A DNA stretch of 62,618 nt, filler included, from Obrimoposthia wandeli (taxonomy: Eukaryota), in NCBI GenBank assembly GCA_977020255.1. It is 2 parts of one record of this genome, joined end to end, with 100 filler letters (N's around TTAATTAATTAA, not from the genome) between each part and the next. Parts side by side here need not be neighbours in the genome. Positions count along the whole stretch, not along the records: positions 1 to 30,784 come from CDROCS010001659.1; 1 more part is not named here. The stretch is one strand, 5' to 3'. The notes under the pieces are model-generated. The model saw only the letters and a program-made list of their open reading frames with translations. It was not told the origin of the DNA and did no database searches. How positions within the stretch are numbered: the stretch's first letter is position 1; the number at the start of each line of letters is the position of its first letter. The translations under genes were made by a program, and so were the position numbers. Shown here one piece after another: positions 11,901 through 22,834 of the stretch.

Positions 11901-13327
11901 TGTAAATGAATACAAGTATACATTCAAGTGAATGCAAATACGAGTAAGAGTTTCAGCAAGTAAATATAAAACTATGAATGAGTGACAGTGAAAATAAGAG
12001 TGTCGATAGTTTGATTGAATGAGAGTGTAATTTAGACTAGAAATAAATTAAAATAGAGTTTTAGTATGAATAAAGTTATGTTAAGTTACAGTTAGATTAA
12101 TAACAAGTAAGCAACTATAGAAAGCAGTGATATTGAAGTATGTTAAAAATTAGAACGACTAAGTTATGGCAAGATTAATAGAAAACAACATCAAATTTGA
12201 CAGTATGAATGAAAATTAGTAAAATATTAATGTATTTGAATGTATTTGAAAGATAGTTTGAATAAATTACAGTTAGATTGAATGCAAATGAATGCAAGTA
12301 TGATTGAATGCAGGGTCAAGTACAAGTAAGAAAGAATACGCAATATGCAAGTACGAATGCCAATTATGAATGAAAATTAGTAAATATATTAATGAATTTG
12401 AATAATTAAAATGTCTTATCTCGTTTGATAAAATTCCTTAATTGAAATATTTTAAAATAATTAGTTTAATTTAAATTCTTTATTTTTTTAAAAATAACTT
12501 GATTATACAATTATATTCGTAAATATAATTAAAATTATCATTATTCGTTTCTCTTTTTAACTATTCGAAACTGTTTTTATATATACAAATTTAGTAAATT
12601 AACTCAACAACAATTTTTTTTTTAATTACTTGATATTTTTGCCATTGTCTTATTAATATAATATGAATATTCAATTTATTTCTTCAAAAATTCATTTTAT
12701 ATGTTAAATAATATTTCTTTACCACATTATTGTGGTTTTATCAAGTGATTTTAACCTTAAACTATAAAAATATTTTAATTATAAAGTTAGTAGCTGTACC
12801 CCGCTCACTGCATATAACATAAATTTCAAATATAAAGTACTATTAAGTTTATTATTTCAAATAGTAAATGTTTTTTTTTCGAGTTATTTAATTTTGTTAC
12901 TAGACATTCGAAAATTTACTTGTAAACATAATATTTTTTTTTTGTTTGTTGCATATTTTCAGTTTAATATGTTGTAAGTTATTCGAACTTGTGTACTTGT
13001 ACAAAATTTGTAGATATTTCAATAATTAAAAGTGATATAAAAGTTAATTATCAAATAATAAATAAAAAAAATAGTTAAATTAAATCTAATTTATGATATT
13101 GAATGCTAAATTCTTCTTTAAAACCAATGTTTAACATGAAATACTTTAAATCAATGGTTTTTTTTTAAAAGTAACTTTATTTAAAACGTATAGGTATATG
13201 ATTGATATAATACAATACTAAACTAATGTAAATTTCTTGTTCAACTATGAATATTTTTAACTTATTTCTTGATTTTTACAACATTTCGAATAGTTTACTT
13301 AATAATCATAATATTAATGATTTGTAC

Positions 13328-14727
13328 GATAAATTGACTTGTAAACATAATTTATTTTACATATATTCATTTAATATATTGTAAGTTAATACTGTAATAT
13401 TTCATTACATAAAAAATTAATTCATAGTTTACTGTCGTTTACAATAAATTGACTTGTAAACAAAATATATTTTCGCATATATTCACTTTAATATGTTGTA
13501 AGTTATTCCTTTAATATAATTTTCAACAAAAACTTCAAGTCGTTTACTTATTAAACATAAGTTTAATGTTTTGTACAATAAATTGACTTGTAAACGTAAT
13601 TTATTTTGGCATATTTTCAATTTAATATATTTTAAGTTATTACTGTAATATTACATTACATAAAAAGTAATTGATAGTTTACTATCGTTTACAATAAATT
13701 GACTTGTAAACATAATATATTTATGCATATATTCACTTTAATATGTTGTAAGTTATTACTTTAATATAATTTACAACAAAAACTTCAAGTAATTTACTTG
13801 TAAACTACAATATTTATTTGTTGTTGTATATATATTCAGTTTAAAATGTTGTAAGTTATTACTTTAATATAATTTACAACCAAATCTTCAAGTAGTTTAC
13901 TTATTAAACATAAGTTTAATGTTTTGTACAATAAATTGACTTGTAAACATAATTTATTTTGGTATATTTTCAATTTAATATGTTGTAAGTTATTACTTTA
14001 ATATAATTTACAACAAAAACTTCAAGTAATTTACTTGTAAACTACAATATTTATTTGTTGTTGTATATATTCAGTTTAAAATGTTGTAAGTTATTACTTT
14101 AATATAATTTTCAACAAAAACTTCAAGTAATTTACTTGTAAACTACAATATTTATTTGTTGTTGTATATATTCAGTTTAAAATGTTGTAAGTTATTACTT
14201 TAATATAATTTACAACCAAAACTTCAAGTAATTTACTTATTAATCATAATTTTAATGATTTGATCAATAAATTGACTTGTAAATATAATATAATTTGCAT
14301 ATTTTCAATTTAATATATTGTAAGTTAATACTGTAATATTTCATTACATAAAAAGTAATTCATAGTTTACTGTCGTTTACTATAAATTTACTTGTAAACA
14401 TAATATATTTATGCATATATTCACTTTAATACGTTTTAAGTTATTAGAATTTGTGTTCTTGTATTCAATGATTAACTTTTATTAAACTATTATATAACAT
14501 TGAAATGTTTAAAATACTTGAGCAAAATAAATTAATATAATAAAAGGATATTAAAATGTATTTTAGTTTAAGATAAAAAATGAGGTTATACGAAGTTAAT
14601 CTAGTTTAAAAACAATTAATACCAAAATTACTTACCAGAATGTGTAAACAACAGTAAACTATTATAACCTACAATAAAGAAACTATTGAATTATAATATA
14701 ACCAATCGTATTCAGTAAGTGATAAAT
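13328..14727. repeat. Central spacer of the palindrome, largely degenerate ~90-130-bp AT-rich repeats
   Basis: Recurrent AATAAATTGACTTGTAAACATAAT...TTAATATGTTGTAAGTTATTAC; no ORF. Confidence 0.75.
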
Positions 14728-17700
14728 GTACAAATCATTAATATTATGATTATTAAGTAAACTATTCGAAATGTTGTAAAAATCAAGAAATAAGTTAAAA
14801 ATATTCATAGTTGAACAACTCATAACTGAAATTTACATTAGTTTAGTATTATATCAATCATATACCTATACGTTTTAAATAAAGTTACTTTTAAAAAAAA
14901 ACCATTGATTTTTAAGTATTTCATGTTAAACATTGGTTTTAAAGAAGAATTTAGCATTGCAATATCATAAATTAGATTTAATTTAACTATTTTTTATTTA
15001 TTATTTGATAATTAACTTTTATATCGCTTTTAATTATTGAAATATCTACAAATTTTGTACAAGTACACAAGTTCGAATAACTTACAACATATTAAACTGA
15101 AAATATGCAACAAACAAAAAAAAATATTATGTTTACAAGTAAATTTTCGAATGTCTAGTAACAAAATTAAATAACTCGAAAAAAAAACATTTACTATTTG
15201 AAATAATAAACTTAATAGTACTTTATATTTGAAATTTATGTTATATGCAGTGGGCGGGGTACAGCTACTAACTTTATAATTAAAATATTTTTATAGTTTA
15301 AGGTTAAAATCACTTGATAAAAACCACAATAATGTGATAAAGAATATTATTTAACATATAAAATGAATTTTTGAAGAAATAAATTGAATATTCATATTAT
15401 ATTAATAAGACAATGGCAAAAATATCAAGTAATTAAAAGAAAAAATTGTTGTTGAGTTAATTTACTAAATTTGTATATATAAAAACAGTTTCGAATAGTT
15501 AAAAAGAGAAACGAATAATGATAATTTTAATTATATTTACGAATATAATTGTATAATCAAGTTATTTTAAAAAAAATAAAGAATTTAAATTAAACTAATT
15601 ATTTTAAAATATTTCAATTAAGGAATTTTATCAAACGAGATAAGACATTTTAATTATTCAAATTCATTAATATATTTACTAATTTTCATTCATAATTGGC
15701 ATTCGTACTTGCATATTGCGTATTCTTTCTTACTTGTACTTTACCCTGCATTCAATCATACTTGCATTCATTTGCATTCAATCTAACTGTAATTTATTCA
15801 AACTATCTTTCAAATACATTCAAATACATTAATATTTTACTAATTTTCATTCATACTGTCAAATTTGATGTTGTTTTCTATTAATCTTGCCATAACTTAG
15901 TCGTTCTAATTTTTAACATACTTCAATATCACTGCTTTCTATAGTTGCTTACTTGTTATTAATCTAACTGTAACTTAACATAACTTTATTCATACTAAAA
16001 CTCTATTTTAATTTATTTCTAGTCTAAATTACACTCTCATTCAATCAAACTATCGACACTCTTATTTTCACTGTCACTCATTCATAGTTTTATATTTACT
16101 TGCTGAAACTCTTACTCGTATTTGCATTCACTTGAATGTATACTTGTATTCATTTACATTCAATCTAACTATAATTTATTCAACGAAAACTCTATTTTAA
16201 TTTATTTATAGTCTAAATTACACTTGCATTCAATCAAACTATCGACACTCTTATTTTTTAAATTACATTCACTTGCTAAGACACTTACTTGTATTGAAAT
16301 TCATACTATCATTCACTTGCATTCATACTTGTATTAAATCTAACTATAATTTCGATTCATTCACTTGAAAACTCTATTTTAATTTACTTATTCAGCATTC
16401 TCAAATTATTCACGAAAACTTATTTTAATTTACTTATAGCTAAATTCACTTGCATTCAAACTATCGACACTCTTATTTTTTAAATTACATTCACTTGATA
16501 AGACACTTACTTGTATTGAAATTCATACTATCATTCACTTGCATTCATACTTGCATTCAATCTAACTATAATTTATTCAACGAAAACTCTATTTTAATTT
16601 ACTTATAGTCTAAATTACACTTGCATTCAATCAAACTATCGACACTCTTATTTTTTTAAATTACATTCACTTGCTAAGACACTTACTTGTATTGAAATTC
16701 ATACTATCATTCACTTGCATTCATACTTGCATTCAATCTAACTATAATTTATTCAACGAAAACTCTATTTTAATTTACTTATAGTCTAAATTACACTTGC
16801 ATTCAATCAAACTATCGACACTCTTATTTTTTTAAATTACATTCACTTGCTAAGACACTTACTTGTATTGAAATTCATACTATCATTCACTTGCATTCAT
16901 ACTTGCATTCAATCTAACTATAATTTATTCAATGAAAACTCTATTTTAATTTACTTATAGTCTAAATTACACTTGCATTCAATCAAACTATCGACACTCT
17001 TATTTTTTTAAATTACATTCACTTGCTAAGACACTTACTTGTATTGAAATTCATACTATCATTCACTTGCATTCATACTTGCATTCAATCTAACTATAAT
17101 TTATTCAACGAAAACTCTATTTTAATTTACTTATAGTCTAAATTACACTTGCATTCAATCAAACTATCGACACTCTTATTTTTTAAATTACATTCACTTG
17201 CTAAGACACTTACTTGTATTGAAATTCATACTATCATTCACTTGCATTCATACTTGCATTCAATCTAACTATAATTTATTCAACGAAAACTCTATTTTAA
17301 TTTACATATAGTCTAAATTACACTTGCATTCAATCAAACTATCGTCACTCTTATTTTTTAAATTACATTCACTTGCTAAGACACTTACTTGTATTGAAAT
17401 TCATACTATCATTCACTTGCATTCATACTTGCATTCAATCTAACTATAATTTATTCAATGAAAACTCTATTTTAATTTACTTATAGTCTAAATTACACTT
17501 GCATTCAATCAAACTATCGACACTCTTATTTTCACTGTCACTCATTCATAGTTTTATATTTACTTGCTGAAACTCTTACTCGTATTTGCATTCACTTGAA
17601 TGTATACTTGTATTCATTTACATTCAATCTAACTATAATTTATTCAACGAAAACTCTATTTTAATTTATTTATAGTCTAAATTACACTTGCATTCAATCA

Positions 17701-20700
17701 AACTCTCGACACTCTTATTTTTTAAATTACATTCACTTGCTAAGACACTTACTTGTATTGAAATTCATACTAGCATTCACTTGCATTCATACTTGCATTC
17801 AATCTAACTATAATTTATTCAACGAAAACTCTATTTTAATTTACTTATAGTCTAAATTACACTTGCATTCAATCAAACTATCGACACTCTTATTTTTTAA
17901 ATTACATTCACTTGCTAAGACACTTACTTGTATTGAAATTCATACTATCATTCACTTGCATTCATACTTGCATTCAATCTAACTATAATTTATTCAACGA
18001 AAACTCTATTTTAATTTACTTATAGTCTAAATTACACTTGCATTCAATCAAACTATCGACACTCTTATTTTTTAAATTACATTCACTTGCTAAGACACTT
18101 ACTTGTATTGAAATTCATACTATCATTCACTTGCATTCATACTTGCATTCAATCTAACTATAATTTATTCAACGAAAACTCTATTTTAATTTACTTATAG
18201 TCTAAATTACACTTGCATTCAATCAAACTATCGACACTCTTATTTTTTAAATTACATTCACTTGCTAAGACACTTACTTGTATTGAAATTCATACTATCA
18301 TTCACTTGCATTCATACTTGCATTCAATCTAACTATAATTTATTCAACGAAAACTCTATTTTAATTTACTTATAGTCTAAATTACACTTGCATTCAATCA
18401 AACTATCGACACTCTTATTTTTTAAATTACATTCACTTGCTAAGACACTTACTTGTATTGAAATTCATACTATCATTCACTTGCATTCATACTTGCATTC
18501 AATCTAACTATAATTTATTCAACGAAAACTCTATTTTAATTTACTTATAGTCTAAATTACACTTGCATTCAATCAAACTATCGACACTCTTATTTTTTAA
18601 ATTACATTCACTTGCTAAGACACTTACTTGTATTGAAATTCATACTATCATTCACTTGCATTCATACTTGCATTCAATCTAACTATAATTTATTCAACGA
18701 AAACTCTATTTTAATTTACTTATAGTCTAAATTACACTTGCATTCAATCAAACTATCGACACTCTTATTTTTAAATTACATTCACTTGCTAAGACACTTA
18801 CTTGTATTGAAATTCATACTATCATTCACTTGCATTCATACTTGCATTCAATCTAACTATAATTTATTCAACGAAAACTCTATTTTAATTTACTTATAGT
18901 CTAAATTACACTTGCATTCAATCAAACTATCGACACTCTTATTTTTTTAAATTACATTCACTTGCTAAGACACTTACTTGTATTGAAATTCATACTATCA
19001 TTCACTTGCATTCATACTTGCATTCAATCTAACTATAATTTATTCAACGAAAACTCTATTTTAATTTACTTATAGTCTAAATTACACTTGCATTCAATCA
19101 AACTATCGACACTCTTATTTTTTAAATTACATTCACTTGCTAAGACACTTACTTGTATTGAAATTCATACTATCATTCACTTGCATTCATACTTGCATTC
19201 AATCTAACTATAATTTATTCAATGAAAACTCTATTTTAATTTACTTATAGTCTAAATTACACTTGCATTCAATCAAACTATCGACACTCTTATTTTTAAA
19301 TTACATTCACTTGCTAAGACACTTACTTGTATTGAAATTCATACTATCATTCACTTGCATTCATACTTGCATTCAATCTAACTATAATTTATTCAACGAA
19401 AACTCTATTTTAATTTACTTATAGTCTAAATTACACTTGCATTCAATCAAACTATCGACACTCTTATTTTTTAAATTACATTCACTTGCTAAGACACTTA
19501 CTTGTATTGAAATTCATACTATCATTCACTTGCATTCATACTTGCATTCAATCTAACTATAATTTATTCAATGAAAACTCTATTTTAATTTACTTATAGT
19601 CTAAATTACACTTGCATTCAATCAAACTATCGACACTCTTATTTTTTAAATTACATTCACTTGCTAAGACACTTACTTGTATTGAAATTCATACTATCAT
19701 TCACTTGCATTCATACTTGCATTCAATCTAACTATAATTTATTCAACGAAAACTCTATTTTAATTTACATATAGTCTAAATTACACTTGCATTCAATCAA
19801 ACTATCGACACTCTTATTTTTAAATTACATTCACTTGCTAAGACACTTACTTGTATTGAAATTCATACTATCATTCACTTGCATTCATACTTGCATTCAA
19901 TCTAACTATAATTTATTCAATGAAAACTCTATTTTAATTTACTTATAGTCTAAATTACACTTGCATTCAATCAAACTATCGACACTCTTATTTTTAAATT
20001 ACATTCACTTGCTAAGACTCTTACTTGTAAATGACATTCATACTTGCATGCATAATTTTATTCATTTACATTCATTCTAACTCTCATTTATTCAAACTCT
20101 CATTCGAATATTCAAATAAATTAATATTTTTACTAATTTTCATTCATAGCGTTAAACTTAGTGTTGTTTTTTTTTCCTTTTTCTATTAATTCCGTTGTAA
20201 CTTAGTCGTTGAAACGAAAAGAATGTATAAAGAATGGACTTTCTTACTTTGTAAATGTTATTCACTTAAGTTTGAAGATGATATTATGAAATTACATAAT
20301 AAATGTGTTTAATTTTGTATTATTCTCTGACTTCTTTCTTATTTTATATTTTTATTTTAATATATAATTGAAGTTATTTAAAGAAATTTTATCATAATTC
20401 TATAAATGTGTAAGCCTAGGAAAAACTTTAGTCTAAATTTTCACATAGAATAGTATGTGTGTGATTACGTAATACATTCCTTAACTGATAAGAGTGAACT
20501 TTAGTTTAAATTTCACATAAAATAGTGTATGTGTGTTAAAAACCACATTCCTTGACTGATAAGAGTGAACTTTAGCCTAAATTTTCATTATGGACGATCA
20601 TAGTGGTATACCAAAGAAGGGTGGAGACTAGACCACTTGACTCTTTGAATTATGGACGATCATAGTGGTTAGCCAAAAAGAAGGGTGGAGACTAGACCAC

Positions 20701-21108
20701 AAAAAGAAGGGTGGAGACTAAGCCACTTGACTCTTTCATAGTGGTATATCACAAAAAGAAGGGTGGAGACTAAGCCACTTGACCCTTTCATAGTGGTATA
20801 TCACAAAAAGAAGGGTGGAGACTAAGCCACTTGACCCTTTGAATTATGGACGACCATAGTGGTATATCAAAGAAGGGTGGAGACTAAGCCACTTGACCCT
20901 TTGAATTATGGACGACCATAGTGGTATATCAAAGAAGGATGGAGTCTAAGCCACTTGACCCCCCTATCCCTCCCCCTCCCCTCCCCCTCCCCTCCCCCTC
21001 CCACCTCCGGTGAGGCAACATATACCCTTATGGTGTGGCAAGACACCCTTATGGTGTGACACCCTTTAGGGGGGTTCAAGTGGCTTAGACTCCATCCTTC
21101 TACCTACT
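14728..21108 (-). repeat. Right inverted arm of the inner element (~6.4 kb, enlarged by satellite expansion)
   Basis: Mirror of the left arm with scattered substitutions, more iterons and about three times as many 175-bp units. Confidence 0.9.
16170..20035 (-). repeat. 175-bp satellite array in inverted orientation, ~21 copies, interrupted at ~17525-17625
   Basis: AACGAAAACT at 17821 and 18171 are 350 bp apart (2 x 175). The interruption duplicates the array boundary sequence at ~16045-16170. Confidence 0.95.
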
Positions 21109-21556
21109 GAAAATGGATTTTTTATGTTTTAGATGAAATGGATGGCAAAAAATATAAGACTTTAAAAAAATATTTTCCCAAATTGAGGTTGAATACTTTA
21201 AATATTTCACGTGATCATCTATTAAAAATTCCACGAAATATTTGCTGTCCATATCGTAATCATGGTGACCATTGCGCATATAAAAAATGTTTAAGTCTTT
21301 CTTATTATTACTTGACATGTAGATAAACAATTCTTCTAATTGGAGAAATTCATTATTAAAATTTTACATCTAATTACAAATAAGCCTTTTGATTGGAGGA
21401 ATAAAAATATTTTTTTAAACTAATAACAGATAAACAATCCTTCTCAGTGGAGGGATAAATTCAATTTTTTAATCCAATAGGAAAAGAGCATGTGTGCATA
21501 AATTTTAGTATATAAGCAAACACTTTCTTCATTTAAATCCCCGACAATTTGAAATA

Positions 21557-22799
21557 ATGACTATGGTAAGAATCTATACTTATTATTTCCTTATTAATAT
21601 TTATTAATATTTATTATTTCAGATTACTTGTATCCTGTTTCCAGCATATTGTGGTGCTTCGGATCCGCATGGAGGAGAGACTTGCATGGAGATAATGTCC
21701 GCCTACTATCGGACAAAGTCTCGCGGGCTTCACTTCTTCGTCTGCCTCTTCTGCAGAACAATGGAGGAGAAGGAGTTTCGAGACTTCTTCGGTGAACATC
21801 GAGCTCATCTATCGTGTTTCACGGCCAACAACAAGAAGAGGGATATCGTGCAATTGGTGCACGATTCGCAGGCCGCTCCAGCTACTGCTCCAATTCCAGT
21901 TGCAGTTGATCAACCCTTTTACGGTCCTGCCATTGATCCTTCTGTCCCGGCTCCTGATTCTGCTGCTGCCCCATCCACTCAAATGACTAACAATGAGTGG
22001 ATGAATGACATCTCCGAAGAAGATTTTGAGGAGTTGGCCCCAGCAACCCAATTCTTGAACAATGACTGGATGGAAAATATCACCCAGTCAGATTTCGAGA
22101 TAGAGCAGCCTCAGTGGAGCGATAACTCTTGGTTGGAGACCATCGAGGAATCCGATTTCGTCGAGATAACGGACGACAGCTGGATGGATTTCATAAATGA
22201 AGAGGACTTCATTCCAGCTCCAGTTGGATTGCCTTCATTAGGTATTTTTTATTATTATTTTTTAAAATTGTAATTATATATATTATTGTAATTATATATA
22301 TTTGAATTTTATTTTTTATTCAGGAAATACCGTGATACAATGGTCATCCGCTACGACAGCTATGCCTCTCCCATCGCGAGTGCCTACATCGATGTTAGCA
22401 CGTCTTAGAGGTAATAATTTAAAAATATATTTATTTTTTAATATATTTATTTCAGCAGCATCAGCCTCTACAACGGCCGCTTCTTCATCGGCAAGGTCAG
22501 CTTCTACCATGCTTACTCCAACTTCAAATGCAGCCTCTACAACTGCCACTGTTTCATCATCTGCGGCAGCATCTATTACAGCAGCATCGTCTACACCAGC
22601 TGCGATTGCCTCAACATCGGCAGCTTTACCAATAGCAGCACCTTCAATCTCAGCTGCGTTTGTGTCAACTGTTAATATAAATAGTTGTCTTCCCGTTCAA
22701 TTAGTGGGAGGTTTGTCAGCAACTGTAGGAAGAAAGAGGCGAGGCCAATTTCTTAATAAGGTCCCACCAAAAAACGTAGAGAAAACGGTGTTACTATAG
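21557..22799 (+). CDS. Spliced Polinton protein: Cys/His cluster, four W-x3-I-x3-DF acidic repeats and an Ala/Ser linker; possibly the N-terminal extension of pPolB
   Basis: TATATAAG at 21509. Exons 21557-21565, 21623-22241, 22324-22410 and 22456-22799 join in frame through GT-AG introns of phase 0, 1 and 1. Confidence 0.75.
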
Positions 22800-22834
22800 A
22801 GTATCACCTAAATAATAAATATGTTATAGTTAAG

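Larger units (their letters stand above)
9727..13327 (+). repeat. Left inverted arm of the inner element (~3.6 kb)
   Basis: Reverse complement of 14728-21108 along its whole length; e.g. 13222-13327 mirrors 14728-14845, and 10140-10700 mirrors 20040-20600. Confidence 0.9.
9727..21108. mobile_element. Non-autonomous, non-coding palindromic Polinton-type element, 11382 bp
   Basis: Ends AGTAGGTAGAAGG...CCTTCTACCTACT are perfect inverted termini, flanked by a GAAAAT direct repeat (9721-9726 and 21109-21114). A 6-bp TSD and AG-rich termini are Polinton hallmarks. No credible ORF inside. Confidence 0.93.
9451..21326 (+). pseudogene. Polinton DEDD-exonuclease-like gene split by the nested insertion (5' part 9451-9726, 3' part 21115-21326)
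   Basis: N-half MLEYIIDFEAFINKYGDYIIKELCI...NFDIEN stops at the TSD. The C-half (YVLDEMDGKKYKTLKKYFPKL...CPYRNHGDHCAYKKC) resumes after the second TSD, with a 1-nt homopolymer frameshift. It resembles the IDxxGF...IIKEL...HCA family I recall from invertebrate Mavericks. Confidence 0.75.

Noticed and set aside
9727-21108. Palindrome as a pure chimeric-read or assembly artefact
   Set aside because: The exact TSD, cleanly split target gene, non-palindromic 1.4-kb spacer and substitutions between arms argue it is real. Only the satellite copy number remains uncertain.
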